In this document: positions 1 to 11,929 of the stretch, piece after piece
How the letters are laid out: each line of letters starts with the position of its first letter
Numbering within the stretch: position 1 is the stretch's first letter
Assembly: GCA_030141605.1 (NCBI GenBank)
Contig: JAQGDQ010000072.1
Coordinates: forward strand, 434,001-498,000
Reading direction: 5' to 3'
Length of the DNA: 64,000 bases
Source of the DNA: Tubiluchus corallicola
Taxonomy: Eukaryota > Animalia > Priapulida
Made by a program: the position numbers and the translations under genes
Notes under the pieces: model-generated
Told to the model about the DNA's origin: nothing
Databases searched by the model: none
Seen by the model: only the letters and a program-made list of their open reading frames with translations

Positions 1-349
<349 letters not shown>

Positions 350-1749
350 GAAGACTGAAGAGAGTTCGAAATTTTCAGTTCAGTTCAGCAAAGCCTTTAC
401 AATCTCTCTTATAGAATCCTTTTGTGTAACAATTTCTTATAGTCTGATAAGAAGTGCTTCATGTTTTTTCAGTTTGTCCAAATATTTTATATTGTAGCCG
501 CTGTCAGCGAGCAAGAGTTTGCAAGACTGGGCCGCATAGGCTTAGCTTTGCGTGCGCTGCCATTCTGTGTATTGCTTATGAGCTGAATGCCAAAATCCCT
601 TATAGTAATGAAAAACTCTTTGGATTTTGGCCACTTCATTTTCTCTGCCAGGAAGAAAGAAACTTTCCATGAAAAGGTTTCATTTCAACTATATGCTGGA
701 TACTGTGGCAACACTTTCTTGAATAGGCAACTTCAGCTGTATTCTCGCACTGATTACCTTTTTATTAATTAAGTGTTACTCTTTTCCATGCGTAGGTAGA
801 ACAAACTACATTTTCTTCATTGTAAACAGTACTAGTTTATTATAGAACATTTTTGAGAAAAAAATAGTTTTTGCATGCAAGTTATGTCTTTAATGCTTCA
901 TAGTACTGCACATCTTGTGCAGTAAGCAAGTGATGTTTCTTTTACGTCATCTTTTGTTTCCTGTATCAGAGCAATTAAATTTGTCATAGTTTTGTTCTTG
1001 ATGGATTTTTCTATTTAACAGAATTACCGATGCATTCTTCTTTCAATGATACTGAATGTGGATATGTCCCACGAAAACGAAGATTAAATGAACAGCTATA
1101 TGATTACAAAGCTGAAGTTAAGTAATGTTCTCTTGTTTTTGTTATGCATAGAACTACCGATGTTGTCGAACTATTCAAGTAAAGGCAAATATCAGTATGA
1201 TGGTGCCTGGTATGTATATGCATGCGTTATTATGTTTTTGTACATGCGAGTCTTTGTTTTGACGTTTCAATTTAGGGCAGCTATACTTTTGTTAAGCCTC
1301 TGATTCTCTTATCTAGACAGTGTTTTCGTAGTTCTATCATCGAGTGAAAACTCAAAGCAAAGCAATAAGTAAATTATGCAGAATGTTTTCTGCTTCTTTT
1401 CTTTACCCTCGAAATTTGCTATTTTAGCCTTTAAATGTGTGATAATGTTAGATTAAAATCATGCTTCTTTGGCCTTGCTATGACCTCGGTTGATTTCTTC
1501 TTGCCTACAACACTGGGGTACAATAAAAAGTGTAAATTGGATTTGACGTTATATAAACTTTGCATACTGTGTTATGCATAATATTATTTCTATTTTATGA
1601 GTAGCATTTTTTCTGGTGCTGAATGTAGTGTTTCTTCCCAAAATGAGTGAGAGGAGTTGTCACTGATTATTTCATCTATTTTTGCTAAAATACAAGTTCT
1701 CATTTTTTAAAGTAAGAACAATATTGTGTAATTTACTCATTTTGCTTAG

Positions 1750-1863
1750 CGGAGCCTCTTCAAAAGCAGGATTTATTGAGTACTTACACGTTTGTAACAA
1801 TCAGCCTAATAACAGTGATGGTGGTTACTTTACGTGGTTTGCTACTGTCATGTTGTTTCGTTG
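1750..1863 (+). CDS. Putative internal exon of an unidentified plus-strand gene (GASSKAGFIEYLHVCNNQPNNSDGGYFTWFATVMLFR)
   Basis: Acceptor ttttgcttag|, donor TG|gtttgt, 114 nt, phase 2-2, joins in frame to 3766; no homology recognised. Confidence 0.3.
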
Positions 1864-2380
1864 GTTTGTTGTCCTTCTGACAAGAAAGAAAGTTATTTTG
1901 CACAGATTGCTGTGCAAGTTGAATATTGCATAGTTGTAGTATTAATTACTAAATAAGGTTCTGTTAAACCAAAAAGGAATGTAAATCTGCTAAATGAGAA
2001 GGTATCTTGTTTACTGTTTTTACTGAGTGGTGCAATGCCAGTATGGGATTATACTCTGTGTCAACGTCAATAAATACAACAGTTTTTTTCTTATATTTTC
2101 TTTTTAAAGATCTACCTAGTGTACATTGGCCTCAGTAGTGTCACTCTTCACGTAACATGGTCTTTTAATTCTTACAATTTATTAAACACTGTGCAATAGG
2201 AGTCATACAAAATAGTTTTGATGGTTAGAGAAGCACAAATTAGTGTAATATGTAATCAGAAGATAAATTTTGGTACATATTATAAACATGTCTCATTTTT
2301 TTATCTTTGCTGTTAATCACCAGCTGGAAAAATATAATGTAGTAACCACAAGATTCTTCAAAAGGAGTTCACAAATTAAA

Positions 2381-2427
2381 TACCCTAACCCTAACCCTAG
2401 CCGTAACCCAACCCTAATCCTAACCCT
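2381..2427. repeat. Degenerate interstitial telomere-like (TAACCC)n tract
   Basis: taccctaaccctaaccctagccgtaacccaaccctaatcctaaccc. Confidence 0.7.
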
Positions 2428-2626
2428 GCTAATGCTAATCTACCTCACAAACTAATTTCTTGCGTGTGTGGAACTGTAAATTTTAGCCTGTCCTTCATAT
2501 ATTTTCTAGTGCTCCTTAACTACTCTTCTCGTGATTACTCTTCTGCCATTGAGAAATAAATTCCTTATTATTCTGAGAGTACTAGCTGAAAATAAGGTTG
2601 CAGTTTCTGAAATTATACTGAAAGGA

Positions 2627-3570
2627 CAGTAGGCGCCGCTTAATCGACTCATTTTGGGACCGACATGTTTTGACCCAATTAACCGACTGAACCTATTATC
2701 CGATGGGTGTAGTATTACAGGTACATAAGTATGAGTCATCAGCTTACTAAGCACTGCAAAGGTTTTTGATGAATTTTAGAAATGAAATAATGCGTAAATT
2801 CCTTTGTGCAGTTAAAAATTAGAAAATATATTTTAAAATATTAATTTATATAAGTGAATTAGGAATCAATTAAAATGCATACCTTTCCAAAACACAGACT
2901 TTTCTGTCCAAAACACAGTGCAAAAATTATAAAAATTCCTTCAAAGTTGGCTGCTTCATTTTCTTGGCTCCCAAAGTTCTCGTAATTATAAAAATTTGAA
3001 AATCTCTTGTTGTGTGTGACTAAAACAGTTCTGAATCATCTGCTCACTTAAACTGCTCTTATTTGCTGTACGATGTTTACTCTTGTAAGTCAAGGAATAC
3101 CGGCTGATTACTGTACCTGCATCTTTGACTGTTAACTCATTAAGCCTGAAAGCGTGATTTGCAACGAGAGCTTCAGAAGGAAACTTCTAGGCAAGTGATT
3201 AAATGTTTAGCCTTCAGAAATTCTTTGGGTAACACTGGGCGAGCGGGTAATAGATTCAAAGCAAAACGGCTATGCTAGCATATTAGTGCATGATAAACGT
3301 ACCTGCTTATAAACAAAACAGTACTTAACGCGATTGTTTCTGCATACGTAGTGCACAAAAGGGAAGTAAAGATGACATAAAAGTAGGAAAGGCTATTTGG
3401 GAACATACGAATATCTTATTTTAACTAGGTGAAAGAAAAATATTGAGTCATTTATGCGGAGTTATTTAACTTAATTACCGATAGTTTTTATGTATATTTG
3501 AATATTAGCGGCCCGTTCCAGGCGTTTTTGAGTCAATTAAGCGATTGAGTCTATTAAGCAGTGCCTACTG
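2627..3570. mobile_element. Non-autonomous Tc1/mariner (pogo/Tigger-like) DNA transposon, copy 1
   Basis: TIRs cagtaggcgccgcttaatcgactca / tgagtctattaagcagtgcctactg, TA on the right flank; highly similar second copy at 60727-61173. Confidence 0.85.
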
Positions 3571-3765
3571 TACTTTTATCGACAAATTACAGATTAAAAA
3601 CTAACAACCATACAAAGTTTTCAACTTACTGAAATTTGTAGTATTCTCATCATCGCTTGGAAGTGTATTGTTCTTTTTTGCCTGTTAGGTTAACTGTGTT
3701 TAAGGAACTTAGTTGTAAATCTGTTTCAAAAGTATTATTTTTATTAATGCTTTTCTGTTTCACAG

Positions 3766-3808
3766 TGATGAAGCTGGTAACACTGAAGGTTTAAAAGATT
3801 TGCTATGA
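3766..3808 (+). CDS. Putative terminal coding exon of an unidentified plus-strand gene (..DEAGNTEGLKDLL*)
   Basis: Strong acceptor gcttttctgtttcacag|, short open frame to TGA, downstream AATAAA at 4053-4058. Confidence 0.4.
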
Positions 3809-4052
3809 CGATAAGTTTACATGACTTGCGGATTCTATTCCTAATAATTGTTTGTCCTTGATTATAGCTATTAAATTGGGAGACTGTGTGAATTAAATAC
3901 AAGATTTATTTAGTAACTAAATTATATAGATGTATATAATATTACATATTACCTATATATGTACGTATTATATATGTATAATTATATATAATGCAAGTTG
4001 TTATTGTGGTGCAAATTGAGAAACAGGTAAAAGTAATTTTATCAATGCCTTC

Positions 4053-4058
4053 AATAAA
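4053..4058 (+). terminator. Candidate poly(A) signal AATAAA of the plus-strand transcript
   Basis: Hexamer about 245 nt after the putative stop at 3808. Confidence 0.35.
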
Positions 4059-4496
4059 AACGTCTACATGCATGCGGTTATTTTCAAAGTAAAATAAACA
4101 TAGTCGTAAGTTTTACTTGCTGCAAAGGTAAATTGTGTATCTACCAGTTCACACCTGTTAATGTGAACTGAAATGGGAATTGTGATATTTTAAACTGTAC
4201 TGAAATTCTAACAGACTTCAACTGGTTTAATGTATTTCGTTATTGCTTATGTGGCAGTTTGTCTTCCTTTCAATTTTTGTTGACGCAATGCATTTTGTCT
4301 CTTTTATTCTTCTTCATATATATAAATTATTTTATGATTCATAACCAAAATTTGTTTTAGCTTTTGTAAGTTGTAGGTTGCTTTGTTGTATAATATTCTT
4401 TCTCGACCATCGGCATTGGGTAGAGACCCAAGCATAGTTATATCATTGTGCCATGAAGCTGCCATCATCCTCCAGTACCTATCATCTACTATCTGT

Positions 4497-4539
4497 CTAC
4501 TGTAAGCTGATGTCATTTGACCTCACACGCCCATTTTGG
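4497..4539 (-). CDS. CDV3: Candidate alternative distal last exon of CDV3 (SQNGRVRSNDISLQ*)
   Basis: Acceptor AATATTGTAG|CCAA, phase 2 matches the exon-4 donor; own AATAAA at 4303-4308 on minus. Confidence 0.4.
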
Positions 4540-5302
4540 CTACAATATTAACTATATACATACACACATCAGCAAGTAGGAGATGAAGAAATTCACAAAA
4601 AGTATTACAAACAGCATAGCCACCAAATATTATAGCAATGGTAAAAGAAAGCTTAAATACGTTACATTCTTTTTTTAAATAAAATTAATAAAATTAAATA
4701 AACAAAATTTTTAAATAATTATTGAAATCCCAAGAAAAAACAATTAACTCTTGGTGCAGTAAACTAAATACAGATGTTTTAATATCAAAAGTCAGGGAAA
4801 AACAGTTTTTGTTACTGCCTAATCTGTTTTAGCGACTATCGCATAGTAGCACTGTACTATCTTAATTGTTGAAAGTTGTCTCAGTTATTGAGTTTTCCTA
4901 GCATACATTGCTAATGTGGAATGTCAAGAATTTGAGAATAAAAGATTAATTTGGATAAACTCTGAATTCTAACCACAAAAAGGTACGTATTAATAAATGT
5001 GGGTCTTTCACTGGAATAAGTTAAAATTTCTTATGCAGCAGTTAGAATTTAACCTGGTGAGTTATACGAAGTAGCTTGCAGAACACCAGCAACTTGCAGT
5101 GGACAGCGAATGATAGCTTTTTAGTATATGTGTCACTTTCCTAGTTTTCTATTTACACTTGTAACGGCAAAGCAGAACTCAAAAATCAAAACTTCAATGT
5201 AGGAACAAGAACAAAGATAATCTAAAATAGGAGCACGATACAAAGCAGTAACTGCTAATTACACTATAAGCACAAGCAACATAAATACATCACAAGTAAC
5301 AG

Positions 5303-5308
5303 TTTATT
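5303..5308 (-). terminator. Candidate poly(A) signal for the CDV3 proximal 3'UTR
   Basis: tttatt on plus = AATAAA on minus, about 1.6 kb after the stop; another candidate at 5801-5806. Confidence 0.45.
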
Positions 5309-6177
5309 TTTAATGACAATAATACATATTTATAGTTCCAATGATCGAAATCAATTATGTGCAAACTGGATGCCTTATCGAGTCTCGGACTGAAAAGTTT
5401 AACACAGACAAAGCGCATCTAATTTATCGCAGATATTTAATAAACGTGTGGTGAAGCTGTTTAATACTAAATGCTGTAATTTCAAAAACAACTAGTGAAC
5501 AAACCATAATAATGAAGAATGTACCCTTTCATAATGACCTATCGACTGTTTCAGTAAACTTACTGTTTTTAGAGCAACAGAGTGGATACAAACTCCAATG
5601 AATACAGAGCCACCAATCGCACTATTCAAAACAGCAGAATATTTCCAACACACTCATCACTGTAGTTGCCAAAACTACTAGCAAACAAAACAATGACCAT
5701 ATTTTATACTTATTAATAATAGCCAATGACATCAAGTTTATCTTTTCTACAAAGTGTAGTAAATAAGTTAAGAGCCGGGACAACAACCACCAAATTAATA
5801 TTTATTTCAGTTGCCAATTAAAAAAGGCATTTTGTGTTTCTACACTTACAGCAGTGTCCTACTCTTACATTTCATAGTACAGGCACATCTCCAGTATTTT
5901 ATCCAGGATGATTACATATCAATGACTCTACAGTTAAAGGTAAAATGGCAGTTTTATATCATAGTCAATAACATCACAAAAATGAAAATGTTCAAACAGT
6001 TAGACACACTCAGAGACCGATGAATTTTAACAGTTTACAAAAAGTGCAATATAATTGTTGAAAACTACAATGCATTTTCTAAAACAATTTTTCGAAAATT
6101 GCACAATCGTAATTGTTTTGTTTACCTTGTAATAATTCGCAAAATTCATGCACACTAATATCTATATTTTTACATGT

Positions 6178-6520
6178 GTGTAGAAAGCTACATTTCCAAA
6201 ACGCTCACTAGAATGCCACACTCCAGAAGGCTCACTAGGATGCTATGTTCCAGAAAGCTCTGTGGAATACCATACTCCAGACAGCTCATTAGAATGCCAT
6301 ACTCCAGAAAGCTCATTAGAATGCCAAACTCCAGAAAACTCACCAGACCGTTATCCACCAGGAGGTGTTAACTATACTGAATGCTCTCTACTCTGCCGTG
6401 CTTCGAACACTCAGAGAACCATACTTCACAATGCACACTAGAATGCCTCCCTTCAGAATGCCACATTCCAGAAGGATTACTAGAACCATAGTAGAATGCC
6501 ACACTCCAAGAGCCTCACTA
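6178..6520. repeat. 27-nt minisatellite (consensus ctcactagaatgccatactccagaaag), 5 clear units plus several degenerate ones
   Basis: Units at 6204, 6231, 6258, 6285 and 6312; degenerate copies around 6178, 6339 and 6434-6520. Confidence 0.9.
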
Positions 6521-6903
6521 CAATCATAGCACTGAATAACTATTTTCTGGATAACATCAGCCATCCAAACCCACAGAAGCTACTCTGCTTAACTTTACAT
6601 ATTAAGCCCTTCCATGTTAATGTCAAACAAAGAATACGATCATGCTTTTACACGAGAAATATTATTCCAGAAGTTAATGATTATAATGCAGATGTGATAC
6701 ATAAAACCTCTCACAATTGAATGAAGACACGGCTCAAGCTTTTGTTTCATACTGGTTTACAGAGAAATGCACTAAGCACTTTAAAAGCAGCAATGAGTGT
6801 GACGCAAATGACTGTCCTTTGATTAAAAGTTACAAATATCACGAATGTCACAATGTTTACACTTCACTATAAGATAGTGTTTCAGCCACATTAACTAAAC
6901 AGC

Positions 6904-7033
6904 TTACTCTCCCATACTGAGAGCATCATATTTGTTGCCAAGATCTAATTTGGGTCCTACAGCGATAGGGTTCTCAGCACGAGTGCCTCCATGACGCACT
7001 TTTTCAAAGTTTGATGTGTCAGGCTGGGCTTGG
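6904..7033 (-). CDS. CDV3: CDV3 exon 5 (terminal): QAQPDTSNFEKVRHGGTRAENPIAVGPKLDLGNKYDALSMGE*
   Basis: Acceptor TATCTAG|, phase 2; C-terminal PKLxLxNxYxxL motif typical of CDV3; stop TAA at 6906-6904. Confidence 0.88.
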
Positions 7034-7520
7034 CTAGATAATGAATAATTAAATATAATTTGTAATTAAAACATGATTTAAAGATTTTAAATAGCAATGT
7101 ACAGTACACAGTTACTAAGTACATATATAATGGGAATGTACAATACACATCATTACATATATACAGTGAAATATATATTGTATGATTTGCATTATTGTGC
7201 AGTAGCATGTAGCATACTAAGGGAAAGTATCAATATCTATTTTTTATAAAAAATAACACAGAGCAAGGCCCTTAACTATACAAAGTAAGGGCTGCAATAC
7301 AAGTGTTAAAGCAAACATATAACTATAGAAAAGTAACTAATTTGCAAGTGTTAAAAATACCCAACAAATATAATGTATGTCATTATAAAATCAAACGATT
7401 ATACACTGGTGCCATAAAATCTTCCCACGCAGCAAAATTACGCTTTAAATACTTGTTTAAGCGTAGCACTTGGTATTTTACACTTCACTGAAAGTATTCA
7501 GCAGTAAAACCATTGCTTAC

Positions 7521-7704
7521 CTACTAGATTTGCTACCTTTCAGCGGATTGGCTGCTGCTAAACTAGGAAAGGCTTCGTCGCTGTTTATTTCAGGAGGACC
7601 TTTTTGAGCTCGACGTGGGCCCATTACTCGAGATGAACGAGCACCAGGTGGGATGTACTTCTTAGGAGCTTCTGTATGTGACTCTGGTTCCGCAGGTCTC
7701 TCCT
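7521..7704 (-). CDS. CDV3: CDV3 exon 4 (..KKYIPPGAR..PPEINSDEAFPSL..)
   Basis: Conserved CDV3 YxPPGAR and PEIxSxxxFPSL motifs; acceptor TTCTAG|, donor AG|GTAAGC. Confidence 0.93.
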
Positions 7705-9167
7705 CTAGAATAAGAATTAAGAAGATAGTGCTCCTCTGACACTCGCCACGGACCCACGTGGTCATAATCAGTTATGACCAATCAGAAAGGAGTTTGTAGT
7801 TAAAATTTATTATTAGCAGAAGGAATCCAAACAAACTTATAAAATGAGTGTATTACTGGTAAGAATTGTAAGCACAATATAACATCGTTATAGCGAACCT
7901 GCTAGGTAAGCACAAAAAATGCTATATAACCAGGGTGCTCTATAAGCTTATGCAGCTAATCATATGTATATGACTGCCAGATGAACAAGCACGTATTAAT
8001 AACGCACAAATGTGGCTTCACACAGGATGTAAAGTACTCTTAGAAGACGCTGTCCAGCATCTACTATACACACATTCAAATTCAATGAAATATATTTTAT
8101 GTGACTTCAATAAACTAAAAATTGATGAACATTTCATATTAAATTGCATGTACAGGCACAGTCGTAAATTTACGTGACATGTTCAGTAAAGTCCACGAGA
8201 TTCAAAAAAGTCAGTTTTGTTTACACAGAATTTCTGTTCGTCCCTTGAACAAAACTGTTTGCAGCAAAGTAACTGCATTCGTTACTTGATGAAATATCTC
8301 AGGAGTATGTAAAACAGCTGGGTACCAAGCTACTGAGTGACTCAATGTTTTTATACAGCTAGTAGACAAAATGAACTTTCAACATAACATGTTAACCCAC
8401 ATTGCATGTTACATAGTGCATACCCAACAACTCTTTTACAGCACCAAGAATGGCGTGTTAAATTTAACTGTATATTGATTTGCAAACGGGTAGTAATGTT
8501 CACAATAAGAAATCATAGTAATACAGGTAATGGGACCTGATAAGTAGAACATAATACGCAATAATCGAGTAAGCTGTATTCAAAACTATTATACTAGTTT
8601 AATAAACGACGAAAGTTCCTTTTTTATGAGTTCATGCTACTAGTGTGCACCCAATAAACCATGTTTGCTATAATGGTGTTATACTGCAGTTGCAAATCTC
8701 ACTACAATGTGACAAATTGACAAAAAACAACAGTTGCAAATAAAATATGTCTAATCGTTTTTCAGTACAAGAATTAGTATGCACGTTAAAACCAGGTACA
8801 CTGACACAGTTCAGGTTACTATAATTGTTCGGCTTTAGTAGTAGTCTAAACTAGAAGTCAACTGATGTTTGTTCATTTTTTAGAGTATTCCTGCTACAGA
8901 GATTAACTGAGATTTGCAATTTTCGTAAAGCATCACTTGTATTTAGACGATACGACATACAAAACAGCTACATAAACAATTCCATATAAGAGCAGATATA
9001 AAGCAAAATCTGTAGAATATAATATATATATATATGGCCTATAGGCATGTAGCACACATACATACCTTAGCACAAAATTACTTTGATCTATTAAAAGTAT
9101 TTAATAAATAACGAATCATAAAATGCAACTTTACAGTAAAGTGATGATAAAATAAGTAAAAGTAGAC

Positions 9168-9301
9168 CTTGAACAACGGATTGACCCTGAACTGCAGACT
9201 TATTCCATGGACCAGCTGCAGCATCCGTTCGCCTTGTACCATCTTCTAATTCACCACTTTCTAGATGTTGCTTATCATCACCATCATCATCATCGTCACT
9301 A
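9168..9301 (-). CDS. CDV3: CDV3 exon 3 (SDDDDDGDD..AAAGPWNKSAVQ..)
   Basis: GPWNK motif of CDV3; phase 2 in, phase 1 out; donor AAG|GTCTAC is weak so the 3' boundary is uncertain. Confidence 0.85.
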
Positions 9302-11101
9302 CTAATACAAAAGAAAAACCGACAAAGTATTTCCACATTGTATACTTTACATCTAACCTGGGCTACACAGACCTACATTAATTTAACTTACAATTACTTA
9401 TTTAAAACACATATTATAATAATTTAAAAATTTGTTCCAGATAGAAACTATCAGGCATGACGTTTTTTGGTGAAACCAAATAAGTTTTTCCAGCTTATTT
9501 TCTGTCATACGGTGCAAGAATAGCAGACTGCACACACAACAGCAATAGTATAAATACAGTGTCACAATTTGAATACATTTGTACTTAGTTACTAAACTAT
9601 ACTGCTTTACAAACATTAAGAGCTAGTAGCTATTTTCAGAAGAATTGATGAACAAAGTTTTGTTTTAATACTATCTTGAAAGTATTTTAATGACAGCTTT
9701 AATTTTACATAATGCCATTGCTGCCAATCGTTATTTAATTTCAATCCTATGACTGAAATAAGTCATTCAGTTATTCAGTCCACTGTTTGTTTGTGTGAGA
9801 AATTGAGGAAATCTCCATTTGAATGCCATTTAAATGTCATACCAGTGATTGTAAGAATGGTACAACTGTTCATTTGTCCAAGTAGTTAAACTTATTGAAG
9901 TAACAGGTGGTAAATATAATCCTTAAGCTAATTTTGTCATTTTTAGTCAGCAAATTGGCTTTATACTTGTAAAATTTGTTATCTTTACCTAAAAGCTACC
10001 TTGAAATAAAAATTATTCTAATGTCCCGTCAAAATGTGTTTTTCAATCACTTTTATGCATACCACATTGCATATAGTGCATGTAACACATGCCTCCAGTG
10101 CATCCTTTTTTCCAAAACAGATAGCGCAAGCTTATACGTCAGGACTCCCACCAGCAATTGGACTTTCTATGTGCTTTCTATGTGTATTTCTATGTGCTTC
10201 TACCTTTCCTACACCACCCTTGGTTTTCTGATATTTTTAAACTTTTTGCCTTCCAGAAACTTAATTTGGATAACTATCCAATAATAGTAAAGAAGTGACA
10301 TTAAATTTTATTTAAGATTAAAAGGCCTATAAAGTTTTGTGGAAAAGTATATAGTTATAGTGATACAAATTACAAAACTCAGTATCGTCAAAAATGATAA
10401 TCAATCGGTTAATTAATCATATAAATTTCCCTTGTGTTGCATTAATTATTAACGTACTTAAAACTTAACATAACAGTTCGGTTATTATACATTCACACAC
10501 TCGTTTTACCTTCACTTTGCGCAACACTTTTACACCACAAATGCTTCAGAATTAAATTCTGAAAATGGTTTCTTTTAAAATTTAGATAATGAGCTTAAGC
10601 TGGCAAACAAATTTCTGGGAGCCAGACAGCATGTGGTAATCTTAGCAGGCACATGGTATAACATCTTACATGACTGTATTCTCCTTGGCAATACCTCTCT
10701 TACCCATTGTAATAACTTGTTAAAATTCATCGTAAACACACTCACAAATTTTTCACTCCAAATTCCGTCATCATATAATAAGTCTGCTAAAAATTTGTTT
10801 CAGTTAAGAGCAAAAAACTGTTTCATCCACTTTTTTCTTTTTAGTAGTAATTATGCAGCACAAACAACATGATCCATCCCTATTATGTAATAAGCATAAG
10901 ACAACATGTGGTCAACAGACTTTCAACTTGCAACTTTACTCCAGATGTGGTGCATATACTTAATGCAAAGAAAAAGCACATGTCATAGACATGGCATAAC
11001 GTTTAATAGACCTGTATTAATAAACATCCAAAAATGGGAACTTTCAGCACTGACCCAACAAACTTTACATCAAACTGCCCTTACAACTAATTAATACTTA
11101 C

Positions 11102-11199
11102 ACTACTTGTAGTGATTGTATCCTCAAGCCACTGTAATCTTTCTCGGCTTCTACTTCAAAATCTTTCCAGTCTTCATCCTCAGCCTCAGGTGGTAAAGT
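11102..11199 (-). CDS. CDV3: CDV3 exon 2 (TLPPEAEDEDWKDFEVEAEKDYSGLRIQSLQV)
   Basis: Signature EWKxF..DYSGLRIQ motif; acceptor CTGCAG|, donor |GTAAGT. Confidence 0.95.
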
Positions 11200-11574
11200 C
11201 TGCAGTTATAAAAGGTATGAATGGTTCAGTAGCAAGAAAATCTCATAATCTTAGTACTAAATACAGGTACTGCAAGTCTGTGAGATCTGATTCTGTCTCT
11301 TAATTTATTAGAAGCAGGCAATTTTCACCCTCCAGTATGTGTAACACTATGTTAGTCATGCTAGGTCACTGGTGATATACGTAACGATAATGATACGTTA
11401 GTTTTACACTACGTTCAGTAGTACCAATTTAAATGTACTAATTTATAATTACTAACGTAATGGTGTAGTGTTATAAGAACCCACTATACATTATCAACGG
11501 TGGGATTTCCTGAACAAAAATACGGAAATTTGAAAAAAACAAGGACAGCGTAAACAGATATACTAACTACTAAC

Positions 11575-11766
11575 ACTATTTGTTTCACCGGATGATGACA
11601 AACTTTGTTGCGTAGTTTTTGGTTTCGCTTTCTCTTTCTTGATTTTTTCTTTTTGAGATGATGGCGTTTCTGACGATAACAAATCAGTCGGCGTAAACTT
11701 GGCTTTGGACTTTTTTTTACTTTTGTCCTTTTTCGCAAAGAAGTCGTCTAAGCTTGAATCAGCCAT
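11575..11766 (-). CDS. CDV3: CDV3 exon 1 (MADSSLDDFFAKKDKSKKK..)
   Basis: N-terminal SLDDFFAKKDK signature of CDV3; phase-0 donor |GTTAGT matches exon 2. Confidence 0.95.
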
Positions 11767-11839
11767 AATTTCTGCAACAGTAACCAGGAAATAACAAACA
11801 ATACTTCAATTTCGCAACAGTCTTCGCTAAATCTCTTCT

Positions 11840-11880
11840 AGGTGCCATGTAACCACGTGACCACCAGAGGACGCCAGCAG
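11840..11880 (-). promoter_or_regulatory. Likely CDV3 proximal promoter with E-box CACGTG (11854-11859) and CTCF-like CCACCAGAGGACGC (11861-11874)
   Basis: Locally GC-richer segment about 90 nt upstream of the ATG; motif matches by eye. Confidence 0.5.
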
Positions 11881-11929
11881 TATCGTTAGCGTTTTCAAGG
11901 GTCTCTTACGACTTGTAGAGTATTCAAAA

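Noticed and set aside
1426-1525. H/ACA snoRNA-like double hairpin ending in ACA
   Set aside because: Two hairpins and a terminal ACA can be drawn, but there is no ANANNA H box in the hinge
3809-3870. SECIS element supporting selenocysteine readthrough of in-frame TGAs in the plus-strand exons
   Set aside because: ATGA..AA..GA is present but the intervening helix II does not pair convincingly
4304-4516. 70-aa minus ORF MTSAYSRQ.. as an independent gene
   Set aside because: No recognisable homology or promoter; better explained as an alternative frame over the candidate CDV3 distal exon/UTR
6174-6371. Repetitive 65-aa plus-strand ORF and possible CRISPR-like array
   Set aside because: The ORF is a by-product of a 27-nt (in-frame) minisatellite. 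Units are head-to-tail with no unique spacers, no cas genes are present, and the context is eukaryotic.
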